Shown: piece by piece, positions 49,161 to 62,754 of the stretch
Layout: the number at the start of each line of letters is the position of its first letter
Numbering within the stretch: the stretch's first letter is position 1
Assembly: GCF_963921235.1 (NCBI RefSeq)
Contig: NC_086097.1
Location: 77,812,001 to 77,876,000, forward strand
DNA: 64,000 nt
Direction: 5' to 3'
From: Mobula hypostoma
Lineage: Eukaryota
Translations under genes and position numbers: made by a program
The notes under the pieces: model-generated
Told to the model about the DNA's origin: nothing
Database searches by the model: none
Seen by the model: only the letters and a program-made list of their open reading frames with translations

Positions 49161-51289
49161 TAAAACAAAATTTTCCACCTCCAGGGAACTGGCAGTTGCA
49201 CTGACCTTCTCTTCTGACCTGGTTACATTTCATACGTTCAGTGATTCACATCTGATCTATGTACCCAATACACATGTGAGCTGATGTCTCCAGCTGTAAA
49301 TTGAGTGAAGCCAGATGCCTCCATTCTCACTGCTGCGCTGCTTTGTCAGGTCAGGTTGCTGTTGTCGTCCATCTGAGAGGGTCACAGCAAGGAAGCAGTA
49401 CCTCCTAGTGACATCTCCAGCTTATGAATCCAAAGGACAAATGAAATGAGGGGGAGTGGGATGAGATGTGTGGAGGATAAGATATGAGAATTGTCAGTGG
49501 TCTCACACACTGTTCTGTGGATACTCACTCCCCTAAGACAGTCTCCACTAATTAAATTTCTTGGCTAATAGCTGGAAGTATACAGATGTGAACTGCAAAG
49601 TATCAGTGAAAATTGTGTAGATATTACTCCACAACTTGCAATTATCACTTACAGTTTACATATACGGCCAGTATTTGCCTGGCAGGTTACTGTGCCCTTG
49701 TTAACACATTTGTCCTTCTTCTGCACCTGGCAATGGATCCCATCTGCCGTAATCTGCTTTCTTATCAACATCCATTTGCATATTCCCACTGTGCTCAAAG
49801 TTAATCCCTTATGTTTTTGTATTTGCTGAAATTATTGACATGGATTTCCTTTGGATATACGTTCAACTCACTATGGTGAACAGCTGCGCTCCTCATCAGA
49901 ACCATGAGATGCTTCATCCCCTTTCCATGCACTCTGAGGAACCGCCCTTAATTTTTAATCCATTTTATCTTTTTCTGATTTGTATTTAGCCCACTTTTGC
50001 ACAATTTCAATAGTTCCTAGCATTTTTCAGCAGTCTCCAGACTTTCAGCTTCCTGAAAGTCCATTTGCACCAGATACAGCAAATTCACCATCCTTAAAAA
50101 AACTACGTTAAGCTTGTCAAGGGCAAGCATTTTTTACTGAGTATGTTGGGGGCTTGTATTATTTTTAATCTGCACATAGAACAGTATTTCTTTAAGTCAG
50201 GGGTCCTAAAATATGTTTTTCTTTGTTATTGTCTAACCAACTGAGCTGTCTTTCACGACAATGTGTATAACATTAAACATTCAACAGTCTTCTGGCAAAG
50301 ATTCATTTTCACTAGAAACTGGAAATACAATTTCTGCAGCTTCCAATATCATTCTTTTATTTCCCTCTGGGTATTTGGATGTATCCCTTCAACTCCTGAC
50401 ACTATTCCCATTTAACTTAACTCGTTTCTCTTATGCGTTCCTTTTGTTAATATCATTCAAGGTTTATTGGCACTCTTACCTACTGTCTATTGAAGTTTAC
50501 ATCTGAAAGAAATCAAATCAATAGAGTCCACCGTGAATTCTAAGAATACAGATTTACAAATTGCTTTTTAACTGAATAGTGAACATTTGACCAGCCTTAG
50601 ACACAAGAACTAGACAGATTCCTAAAAATATAAATAACAGAAATATAAGCACGAACAGGAATTTGACAATTATTTTGTTTGGCTTTCACACTTAAAAATT
50701 CAAAGTATGATGTTGAGATATCTCCATGAAAGAAAAAAAAATCAAAAGCAACCTGGTTTCAAAAAGTTTTGATTAAGTTTATACATTCTTCAAGGTACAT
50801 TACTAAATAATGACAAATACAAATAATATACCTCTCTATAGAAAAATATAAAAAATCCTTTGGACTTTTCGTAATTAGAAGCAACATGTACTGAATTCAC
50901 CACATGCCTGTGATGGTACTTGTTGGGATAAGTTTCCATGGGGAGTCCTAAGTCTTTGGCACATGATGTTAGTGATCAATTGTTTCACTATATGTTCTAT
51001 AGGTGGAGAAAGTACCACATTTTTGCAGCCCACCTGCCCCATATTCTCAAAGCACATTCTGCTCCAGACTCTGGTCTTTTTGCATCTGTTCCTTTTTTAT
51101 TCCATCATTGGCAGAGACAATGATCAATACAGTTTGGAACATGTCAGTGGAGTTTAGACAGAGGCTCAATGGCCTGAATGATTTACTAATGTTCCACCAA
51201 ATCACTGATGACCAAAGCTCAAAAGAACCAAACTGAAAGCAAAGAAACACACAACAAAAGTGGAAAAACATATATCTGTCAAATTGAAA

Positions 51290-54200
51290 CTGAAAGAACA
51301 TAAATGAAAACAGGATTATGCCATTTAGCCCTTGCATACATTCTGCCATTTGGTAAAATCGTGATTGATTTTATATCTGAGGACTTTACTCCATCAAACT
51401 TGCATCCTTAGATTCCCTTAATACCCAAAACCTATTATTCTCTGTCTGGAGTGTGCTATGAAGTGATTGTTCCTCCATAGCCCCTTTTGGACAATCCCTA
51501 ATCTCTTTGTCAATAGATTTTTTGTCTCTTGCTCCTGAATGGTGAATCCTTTATTTTAAGACATTGACACTCCATCCCGGTGCTAAACGTCATCTCTCAT
51601 CTAACCTGTGAAATCACAAATATCATTTTAGTGAGATCATCTCATCTTCCAAACTCCACAACTCTGCTTAATCCCTCACCATAACTGCCCTCCACAGAAA
51701 TGTACCCAGCAAGTTTTCAGTGTGCTTTCTCTGTTCTGGGTGTATACTTCCTCAGGTAATGGGACCACACCTGCACAGAACATTCAGGTATAGCCTCACC
51801 AGTACTTATACAACTGCAGATGTCTTTACTTTTGTACTCAAATGCAATTGTGATAAAGGCCAAGATGGTTTCCTAATTCTTGCTGCATCTGCAAATTATT
51901 TTCAATGCTTTTTGTACAATGACATCCATGTTCTCTAAACACTAATACCTTTCAATCTCAACATTTGAAATACATATATTTGCTATTTTACAGTGGATGA
52001 TCTCACACATTTCCACATTATATTCCATCTGCCATGTCCTTGCTTGTTCACTTAGCTTCCCTCTATCCCTAAAGTCTCTTTGCATGCATAGCACAACCTA
52101 AACTGCTACCCACTCTATATTATCAGCAAACCTAGATGTATTACACTTGATATCCCCATTCAAATCATTGATGTATGTTATGAACAGTGGGAAGTCCAGC
52201 ATAGAAATCTCCAGCACTCACTAATCACAACTTTCTAATCCATTTCTTCACTCCAGATTCCAGTAGCTGCAGTCTCACGCACTTCCTTTTTGATCCATTT
52301 ATTCCAGTTCTGTTTTTGCTATGTTAACCAATATTCAGTACATGTGGGTATATAACTTCCAATCCCCTGGCCTTTAGTCTTATATTTCAAATTCTTCACT
52401 GGCATCTTAGCAAAGCCCTTCTGGAAATCCAAATACACTACATCAACTGGCTCCTATTTATCTATTCTGCTGATTACAACTTCAATAAAAATTCTTTCAA
52501 ATTTGTCAAGCATGATATCCTTTCATAAATCCATGCTGATTCCAATAATTCTGTAAATATTTTCCAAATGCTGTGGCTTACTTAATATGACTTCAGCAAC
52601 TTCCATACTGGTGATGTCAGACGAACTGGTCTATAGTTATACAATGTATTTCTGCCTCCTTTACAATAAAAGTACGCTACATTTGTTACTTTTCAATTTG
52701 TAAGAAACATTCTAAAAACTAGGATATTGTAAGATATCAATCTTGCATCCATTATCGCGAAGGCCATTTACATAGCAAACTATGGGATGTAGGCCATCAC
52801 GGCCTGAGCATTTATTGGAGAAATTAATGTGGCTAAAAAACAATACTGTTTTTATCTAATGCCAGATTCTTTAAGGTCTTTACTCACTGTGCTCCCCTTG
52901 TTTTCTATTGTCTCTGGTAAATTTTCTGTGCCTTCTTCCAGGGGAAAGAATAGTCTCATAATCTAAATACTGATTCAGTTTTTCTTCATTTTGTTTTCAT
53001 TCACAATGTATCTCTCTCTCTCTCTCTCTCAAATCAACATTAGCATTTGCTAATCTTTTAATTTCTACATATTATAGAAACTTTTAGTCTCACTGAATTA
53101 TATTTATTTTTTTATTTCTCACTGAATTAGTCTCATATATTGTTTTCCACTTCTTATCAATTCCTATATCATTATTTGCTGTATGCTGAATGTTTTCCAA
53201 TACTCAGTTTTTTTTTTCTTTTGCACAGGTTTCTTTCTTAGGTACAATATATTTTAAGCCTTTTTCTGCAATTTGAAATTATAATTAGAAGTATTCAAAA
53301 TTATGAGGGGTATGGTAGGCTTTCTCCACTGAGGAAAACTAGTAGAGGCTATAGGTTAATGGTAAAAGGTGAAATATTTCAGAGGAACTTCTTCACTCAG
53401 AAGGTGGGAAGAATGTGGAATGAGCTGTCAGTGGAAGAGGGTTCCATTTCAACATTTAAGGGAAATTTGGGTAAGTGCATGATTGCAAGGGTTATGACAG
53501 GCTATGATCCAGGAGCAGGTGATGGGACGAGGGAGAATAATATTTTGGCATGGACTACATGGGCTGAAAGGTTTGTTTCCGTGCTGTAGTGGTCCAGGAC
53601 TCTATGACTCCTCGTCATCTATAAATGTCAACTCTTTCTGTTGGGAATTTGTGCCTGAAGGGGTCATGTAGTTGTAATCTATGTATTCTTTAAATATTAA
53701 ACATTGCTGTCTGCTGCCTTACCTTGTAATGTTCTTTCCCAAACAACAACAGTCAGATAATTTCTGCTTTCAGAGATTGCTTTGTTTAGATTGGTAACTG
53801 GATTTCAGAATGAAGAAAATCACTTCTTATCCTGATATAAAATTCTACCATACTCTGAAGGTTCCTTAACTTTGAGATAATTAATTAACCCATTTTCACA
53901 TTTCACTGATTCCTCACGATACCATAAAGAAATCACAACTTCATGAAGTTGCACAGTTCTTGTAACCAATTGGTTACTGGTTTTCTCCACACCATTAATG
54001 CTAATCTTGTTTGTCGAACCTGTATGTGAAGGTCCCATGATTATTTCATTATCCTTGTTATGCAAAACTCTAAATTTCTGATTTATATTATGTCTTTTAT
54101 CACCAACCAATGTTTTGGGCATCTTAACACCAGCCTACCAACATTTATGTTCCTTGTTGTTTCTTGGCTGCAAGCACGGATTCTACTCTCAGCTTCCCTT

Positions 54201-54480
54201 TTTGGTCATTGCTTTTCCCTATGCTGTGTTATCAGTGCTTTCATCTTCCATTTTGTCCATCCCTTCTAAAAGTATTCTGTACTACTTAATTTCCTACCTT
54301 GTCATTTATAACTATGTTTCTCATTTGATCATATCCAATTCATATTTCTTGTTATGAATGGCACACACATGCAGATAAAGTACCCTCAATCTCATCTTTT
54401 TGCCATTATTCCCTGCTCTGACTCTAATTGGATGCATCTTCTTCTGTCTGACCCTGTTCCTTCTTGACACTCTCTGGTTA
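51290..54480 (-). mobile_element. Very old, long CR1 spanning APE start to 3' UTR, with a younger CR1 3' end at 53280-53610 (+)
   Basis: LRVLYLHVCAIHNKKYEL (APE start-like), decayed QHGF, LDFQKGF, FADN, YLNVLCRCGP-like segments in order. Confidence 0.65.
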
Positions 54481-54524
54481 TTATTCTCTGTTTTGTCATT
54501 GCTATTTGTATACCATACCATGCA

Positions 54525-54755
54525 GGGCACCAGGGTATCAAGTAGAGTGGTAGGGTAGAGTAGTGGTGAGAACAATCACTTTACAGCACCAGCAATCTCT
54601 AATCAGGGTTCAACTCCCGCCACTGTCTGGTAAAGATTTTGTATGTTGTCCCTGTAACTGTGTAGGTTTCCTCTGGGTGCTCTGGTTTCCTCCTACATGC
54701 CAATGATAGACCATTTGAGTTAGTAAGTTGTCAGCATGCTTTGTTGGCACTGTCA
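54525..54755 (+). mobile_element. tRNA-derived V-domain SINE
   Basis: B-box gggttcaactccc; V-domain ggtttcctctgggtgctctggtttcctcctaca. Confidence 0.78.
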
Positions 54756-55624
54756 GAGAGTATTCTGGAGTTCAGTTATATAGCAAAATATTAACTTCAG
54801 CAACTGATCTTTAGACCTGAATATGGACTGTAGGTTAAATTTAAAATGCAGCTCTGGATAATACATTCCTAGAGCTGTGAGCTTCAGTTAATTGAAAGAC
54901 CAGACAATGTTGATTAGCATTAATTTCAGGTGTCTGGAGTGTGGGTGCAAAGAAAGAGGTGTGAAAGTTATATGTAATTCAAAGGAAGCATTGTAGATAC
55001 ATTATAAATAATGAATTATCCTTTGAACTTTAACATATTAAATGTCATGCAATATATGGGTTGAACAGGCCTCTTCTTTCAAAAGGGTCTCAATATGATG
55101 CCTGCTGTGTCTCATTTTGTTGAATAAGAGACTATTTCATATCTACCAGCTACCAAAGTCTCTTTGGTGTTTTTGTTCACACTATAACAGGCACCAGAGG
55201 CGTGGTGATACTTATGGGCTTCCCATAGCACAATTCTCACTGGTTTGATTCAAATGATGCATTTCATTATATGTTTTGATGTACAAGTCACAAAGCTAAT
55301 TTTCCATTTTGCCACCTTGCATAATCACCCTGTCCTTTACTAACTAAAATTTAACTTACTAAAATTTATCCTCCCCACTATTTACTGTAAATTATTTACG
55401 ATAGTTACTTAGTTTGCTAGGACACTGCTCCCAGACCCATTCAAGTGAGGTTCAAGCTAATGGAACAACCTTCTTTCCCCAGTGACAGTGCTCCATTGAT
55501 TGAAACCCATTTTAGTCACGCTCATCTTTGAACCATGCATTACATTCTGTCATCAACTTTTCTTATGGTTCAATTAGTAATTGAAAGATTAGCAACTTTG
55601 TGGTTCTGCCTTATAACATAGACA

Positions 55625-56570
55625 CTTCTTGCTGATACTGCTTGCACAGGCTTGTCATTGCATGCATCAACTCCAACTTCCTGGACAACATCAGCCCACT
55701 GCAGTCTGCCTACTGCTAGAACAAGTCTACAGCTGATGTCACCCCCATACATTCATTTCTGGAGTAACTGGACTTTAAAGACACATACAGTAGAACCTAT
55801 TGTCTATTGGCTATAGCTCTGCCTTCAATACTATAATTCCATGCAAACTTAACTCTAACATCCTCTCTTCCCTCCCCTCCCATCAGGGAGGAAATGAATA
55901 AGCTTAGGAGCAAATATCACCAGGTTCAAGGGCATCTTCTATCCTACTTTTATAATACTATGGAATGGTTTTGTAGAACAATAAGATGGTTTCTTAACCT
56001 TATAATCTACCTTGTTATGGACTTGCATTTTGTTGTCTGCCATACTGTACTTTCCCTATAACTAAAACACTTTATAGTGCATTCTGTTATTATTTTCCCT
56101 TGTACTATCTCAATGCACTGTGGTTATGAGAATGATCTTTGTGGATGTAATACAAGACAAAATGTTCTGTTATGGTAAGCACCCGACCGCGCCATTTTCC
56201 AGGGTTTAGATGCTCCGATTCTCCAGAGTATAGATAGCTGGTGCAACTCCATTAGAGACTCAGGAGCACTCTGTTAATTGGGGGTCAAGTTTTGGCACCA
56301 GGATTTTTATATTTAAAGAGCACCTGAATGTAGGTTCGGTATTCAATCATCAGCTCAACTTTAGTTCAGCCTGTGATTGCATTTTTGGATTTCTGTCTGA
56401 TTTGGATTCTCATCTAACATCTACTAAATATCCTGCTCTCATCTTAATCTCAAAATCATGACTCAAGTCTAGTCTCTGATACTCCAGTACTTGGGTCCTT
56501 ACCATACTCGCTTAGGCCTCTCATCACAGTTTCACTGTACCTTGGTACATGTGCCAATAGTAAACCAGTC
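55625..56570 (+). mobile_element. Internally deleted Rex1-type LINE with an insertion at 56168-56528
   Basis: PLQSAYC.NKSTAD, YSSAFNTIIP, LPSGRK..SL; 3' UTR resumes tttcactgtaccttggtacatgtg. Confidence 0.75.
56168..56528 (+). mobile_element. Probable solo LTR (361 bp)
   Basis: TGTTATG..CATCACA termini, TATA-like tatatttaaa at ~56307, interrupts a LINE 3' UTR; TSD imperfect (tgttc/gtttc). Confidence 0.55.
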
Positions 56571-57694
56571 ACCATTTACTCTATCGGTGTCATTAGCTAT
56601 CATATGGAACATAACAACTTCAACTTTCCCCTCTTCCCTAGGCCTCCATTTGTCTTTAACCCTAGATTTATGCTCTATCAACTATCCCCTGATTATACTG
56701 TTACCTATCACGATTGAATTTCCTTAAATGGTCCCCTCTAGCACACAGCTGTAGCAAACGATTGTCCTCTTTGAAGTCTCATTGTAAATCTTCATAGCTT
56801 TTGATTAAGTGGAGAGTCAAGTGTCCTTCTTGGATACTTACTGGATCCCTGCACATTTTTCACTCATTGCCACTTTCCTGACCCCTTACCTGACCAGTAT
56901 TTCACCTCAGGAGTGAGACAGCTTCTTGGAACAAAGTATTGGTTAGCTTTCTATCTGCCCAATTATGTGCAGCTGATGTGACCTACCTTCTTAGTGAGTT
57001 CCTTTGTTCTCTTACATTTTTGAATTTAGCTTTCTCTTCCAAATCTCTCTCTCTCTCTTTTGTCCTTTAGTTACTCAGTTTATTTTCTGCAATGTTGTTA
57101 CTGAGGTAAAATACGAACCTGTTGCCTGAGTAATCTAATCATAAAGGACCAGAAGCTTTTAGCAAAGTTCCTGGATATTTCTCCTTGAGCAGAAGAAAAT
57201 CACTTGTTTTCTACAACCATGTACCTGGAGGAAGAGAACCTACTTCACGTTCAGTAATCCAGCTCCAAATTGTACCAGTTTTCAGAATTGAATAATTTGT
57301 TCAAGTATCAATATAGAATCACATATAAAATGTGAACAAAAAATCATCAGCCCAATAAAGTGATATAATTTTTTAAATGAATGTAACTGTCTTTTTTTCT
57401 GGTTTTTAATATTCTTGAGAATAGTAACATAATTGTGTTTTATTTATAGCACTAAAATAGGATTTGATAAGAAAAACAACAATTTTTAGTTGAAATGGAA
57501 AATAATTATAAATAACCTGACCATTTAATAGCTATATGGCATCATTTGCTAGCTGCAAGGTTGTATATAAACCAATAACTTATTAAATACCTTTTTGGTA
57601 TTAAAATCTTTGGGAAGGTGTCTATTACAATCATTCTAAATCAAATGCTTAAAACCTTGAGCCTCCTTGAAAACCTGCAGATCAGTGCATTTCA

Positions 57695-58385
57695 TTTTTT
57701 AAATCTTGTTTATTAATTATTATTAAAGATCAACAAAAAATACATTAATGTAATCAAGACAATATGTCAATATATACAATGAAGAAGTAAATTAGCAAAT
57801 AACTGATTAACAAAGCTAAGCAATATGTCAATAATAATAAGAAAAAATAAAGTGTTAAGAATACTTTTTGGAAAATAAAAAAAGAACCCCTACTAACTAA
57901 GAGAAAAAAACCCTACTAACTAAAAAAAAACCAAGAAACAACCATTGGGAGCACAACCCCGGAGCTATACGTTATATAAGCTTCCATAAAAGAAAAACAT
58001 CAATCCACCAACTCAAATCTATTTAAACAAAAATCCGAAGGAAACCATATTAATTAACTCAAATCAGGTGATAGTAGTGGGCAAATGAACCCCACATTTT
58101 TTCTCGAAATCAAATCGAGGATCAAAAGTTCGACTTCTGATTTCTCCAAACTAAGACATAGCATCACCTGAGAGAACCATTGTATCAAAGTAGGAGCAGA
58201 AGCATCTTTCCATTTCAACAAAATAGTCCTTACGGCCAATAATGTAACAAATGCAATTACATGTTGCCTGATAGAGAAATAGCATGAATATATTGAGGGA
58301 TTATACCAAACAGAACTGTCAATTTATTAAGTTGTAGTAAGTTAATCTTTAAAACTTGAGAAATTATAGAAAAACTAGATTTCCA
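57695..58385 (-). mobile_element. L1/Tx1-type LINE 3' end
   Basis: VLFGII..AVRTILLKWKDASAPTLIQWFSQVMLCLSLEK (fish L1 ORF2 C-terminus-like); T-rich 3' UTR and AATAAA on minus. Confidence 0.8.
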
Positions 58386-58389
58386 GAAA

Positions 58390-60110
58390 TGTTTCAATAC
58401 AGAACACAGAATACAGATCAGTGCATTTAACAAAATCTCGCCAAGGTGGTAAATTGACTGGCTACCCGAGCACATTGAGCTGCCAGGATTCCGTTTTAAA
58501 GACAGTACACTTCCGATTGAGGTTAGAGGCAGAATCGGATGCACATCGGCTCTGGCAGGGTTTGCAGGCCAGTACTTTCTACAAAGGGAAAACTTACATC
58601 GCGAATGTCTGTGATGCTTCACTCCTAGATGAGCTCAACGCCTCTTATGCACAGTTTGAAAGGGAAATAAAACTGAGGATCCCTGCAGCATCCCATCACC
58701 CTGTGAGTTCTGTCCCAGAGGCCGATGACAGAACGTCTTTCAAGAGGGTGAACCCTCGCAAAGGCCGCGATGGAGTACTTGGTAGGGCTCTGAAGCCCTG
58801 TGCCAACCAAATGGTGGGAGTGTTCAAAGACATTTTCAATCTCTCATTGTAGCAGTTGAAAGTTCCCACCTGCTTCAAAAGGACAACAATCAGTGCCCAA
58901 GGAGAACAGGGTGCGTTGCCTTAGTGACTATCATCCGGTAGCAGTTACACTTATGATGATGAGGTGCTTTGAAAGGTCGGTTAAAGATAGAATCAACTGT
59001 GACACACTGCAGTTTGCCTATCTCCACAATAGGTCTACAGTGGATGTGATCTCATTGGCACAGGCTGCTGCTTAGTGAGTACAGCTCAGTGTTCAACACA
59101 ATCATTCCAACAGTTCAGATCAAAGGGCTCCAAAGCCACGGTCTCTGTACCTCACCTACAACTGGATCCTCACCTTCCTCACTAGAAGACCACAATCTGT
59201 GCGGATTGGAAGTAACGTCTTCACCCCACTGATAATCAACACTGGTGTCCCTCAGGGATGTGTGCTTCGTCCACTGCTCTACCCTCTCTACACCCATAAC
59301 TGTACAGCTAGGTACAGCTCAATTGCAGCTTATAAATCTGCTGATGATACAACTATTATTGGATGAATTTCATATGGTGAGCATCTGGTTGAGTGATGTT
59401 CCAGCAACAATTTTGCACTCAATGTCAGTAAGATCAAAGAATTGATTGTGGACTTCAGAAAGCATAAGATACCAGTCCTCATTGAGGGATCAGTAGTGGA
59501 AAGGGTAAGCAGTTTCAGCTTCCTGGATGTCAACATCTCTGAGGAACTATCCTCAGTTCAAGTATATTGATGCTGTTACAAAGAAGGCATGACAATGGCT
59601 ATATTTCATTAGGAGTTTGAGGAGGTTTAATATGTCAGCTAAGATACTCACAAATTTCTACAGGTGTAAGGTGGAGAGCATTCTAACTGGCTACATCACC
59701 GTCCGATATGGGATCAAAATAAGCTGAAGAAAGTTGTGAACTCACTCAGCTCTATCATGGGCAGCAGCCTCCCCAGCATCCAGGGCATCTTCAAGGAGCG
59801 ATGCCTCAAAAAGGTAGCATCCATCATTAAGGACCCCCATCACTCAGGATATACGCTCTTCTCATTGCTACCATCAGGGAGGAGGTGCAGGAGCCTGAAG
59901 GCACACACTCAATGATTCAGTAATAGCTTCTTCTAATGAACATTGAGCCAATGAACACTACCTCACTACATTTAACTTTTTAAATTATATATATATATAT
60001 ATATTTACTGTAAATTACAGTTTTTAATTATAATGTTTCACAATGTACTGCTGAAACATAACAACAAATTTCATAACATATGCTGGTGATGTTAAACTTG
60101 ATTCTGAAAC
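58390..60110 (+). mobile_element. Rex1/Babar-type LINE (~1.7 kb), decayed
   Basis: [70 protein letters not shown]. Confidence 0.93.
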
Positions 60111-60754
60111 TAATGGAAACAGAATTTACATTGATCATTATTTGTGCTTGAAATTTCCTCTCTCTTTTATGTAAACTGGCCAACTCTGAGCAAATTGCAC
60201 TGAAGAATATGATGGAAGCCAATGGACAACTTGGCACTTGTGACTGTTGGTAGTAAATAACATTGCTCAATCGTGCAACTTATTATGAAAGCTCTTCCAG
60301 CTCCCTGGCACAAAACACAAGTGACAGTCCCACATTCATTATTATTATTCTCATCAACATCAGAAACATGAAAGCACAGTCTAAACATTCAAAATGGGAA
60401 ATATACTGGCCAATTATTTTCCTTTTCTTCATAAACATTCTGTTTCCATAACGTTCATGTAGTTGCTTCATACTTTAATTCTGGTCATTTCCCACTCCAG
60501 TCATATTGTTTTCATGTTTTGCTTTTGATTGGAAACCAACTTGAAGCACTTTCAGACACTTACCTTTCCAACTTTCTCTCTTATATTTTCCAATCTCTCT
60601 TCCAAATCTGAGGAGATGATTTCATTTTCTTTTTATTTTTTTTCGCCCCAATATTTTTGCTTCTTTGAGTCACCTAAAATGACCCAACCCTGCCTCACTA
60701 AGTGTATCATGTGCTATTATATCTATGAATGACAAAGTAGCAGAATTCAAAGAG

Positions 60755-60981
60755 CAACACACATCAAAGTTGCTGGTGAACGCAGCAGGCCAGGCAGCAT
60801 CTATAGGAAGAGGCGCAGTCGACGTTTCAGGCCGAGACCCTTCGTCCTGACGAAGGGTCTTGGCCTGAAACGTCGACTGCACCTCTTCCTATAGATGCTG
60901 CCTGGCCTGCTGCGTTCACCAGCAACTTTGATGTGTGTTGCTTGAATTTCCAGCATCTGCAGAATTCCTGTTGTTTGCGTT
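60755..60981. mobile_element. Near-perfect 227-bp Penelope palindrome folded back within the hammerhead
   Basis: 94-bp arms 60753-60846 and 60849-60942 with 2-nt loop, then ~40-nt tail; 13-bp TSD AGAATTCAAAGAG (60742-60754, 60982-60994). Confidence 0.96.
60844..60878 (+). ncRNA. Minimal hammerhead ribozyme motif
   Basis: gtc-CTGACGA-agggtcttggcct-GAAA-CGTC^gact. Confidence 0.75.
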
Positions 60982-61832
60982 AGAATTCAAAGAGAATAGT
61001 TTATCTATTTAAGTAACTCTGCTTTTCAGTTTCATTGCTAATTATCACAGAGAGCTTCATTTCTCCTCACTAAAAGATCTCAATGACCATGGCAATCTGA
61101 GTGAGTTCACCATGTTCCTGTACCTGCATTGTCTCAGATAATCTTCCAAGTCATTTCTGCAACTCCATTACCAATTCATGCAGAATATCTTCTTCCTCTT
61201 CTGTCTGTTGTTTTGTATTTCTCTCCTCTAGTGTGTTGTATAATCAGTCACAAACATTGAATTAGTCTGCTCTTTTATGGCACTGTGGTTTCTTCCAAAT
61301 GCTCGCCAAAATTTTAATGGACCCGCAAAAACTGTCAGAAAAAAAGTTGTAAATGTGTATCTTCTGTCAAAGGTGTAGCAATCATTTGGAAGCATATCTG
61401 TGTCAATTCAGGATTGGTAAAGGAACTGAAAGAGTACAATGAGAATTTGTGTAACTCCAAGCTTTAAATCTTGCATTCTGTTATTTTTTCCAATGTTAAT
61501 TAGGCCAATAAACAAACAGATCAGCCTTCAGGAGGTTGAAATGCTTACACTTAATAATGACCCTTTTTATATTTTTTTGCAATAGCATTTTTTTTAATGT
61601 AATTTATCTGTCTTCTTTTAGATGGAAAATTGACCAAGTAGAAATGCAGCAAATTTTGATGAGTCAGACAAAATCTTCGCTTCAAAATTATATTTCAGAT
61701 GAGGAAGCAAGGAAAAGCATGAATGTCAATAACCAAACAACAGGAATTCTGCAGATGCTGGAAATTCAAGCAACACACATCAAAGTTGCTGGTGAACGCA
61801 GCAGGCCAGGCAGCATCTGTAGGAAGAGGTGC

Positions 61833-61868
61833 AGTCGACGTTTCAGGCCGAGACCCTTCGTCAGGACT
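61833..61868 (-). ncRNA. Minimal type-I hammerhead ribozyme motif (intact core)
   Basis: Reverse complement is identical to 46603-46638. Confidence 0.85.
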
Positions 61869-62754
61869 AACTGAAGGAAGAGTGAGTAAGGGATTTGAAA
61901 GTTGGAGGGGGAGGGGGAGATCCAAAATGATAGGAGAAGACAGGAGGGGGAGGGATAGAGTCAAGAGCTGGACAGGTGATAGGCAAAAGGGGATACGAGA
62001 GGATCATGGGACAGGAGGTCCGGGAAGAAAGACAAGGGGGGGGGACCCAGAGGATGGGCAAGAGGTACATTCAGAGGGACAGAGGGAGAAAAAGGAGAGT
62101 GAGAGAAAGAATGTGTGCATAAAAGTAAGTAACAGATGGGGTACGAGGGGGAGGTGGGGCCTTAGCGGAAGTTAGAGAAGTCGATGTTCATGCCATCAGG
62201 TTGGAGGCTACCCAGATGGAATATAAGGTGTTGTTCCTCCAACCTGAGTGTGGCTTCATCTTTACAGTAGAGGAGGCCATGGATAGACATGTCAGAATGA
62301 GAATGGGATGTGGCCACTGGGAGATCCTGCTTTCTCTGGCGGACAGAGCGTAGATGTTCAGCAAAGCGGTCTCCCAGTCTGCGTCGGGTCTCGCCAATAT
62401 ATAAAAGGCCACATCGGGAGCACCGGACTCAGTATATCACCCCAGTCGACTCACAGGTGAAGTGTTGCCTCACCAGGAAGGACTGTTTGGGGCCCTGAAT
62501 GGTGGTAAGGGAGGAAGTGTAAGGGCATATGTAGCACTTGTTCCGCTTACACGGATAAGTGCCAGGAGGGAGATCAGTGGGGAGGGATGGGGGACGAATG
62601 GACAAGGGAGTTGCGAGGAATAGTCCAGATAGCTGTGAGAGTCAGTAGGCTTATAGTAGACATCAGTGGATAAGCTGTCTCCAGAAACAGAGACAGAAAG
62701 ATCTAGAAAGGGGAGGGAGGTATCGGAAATGGGAGGAGCCAAATGGGAGGCGGG

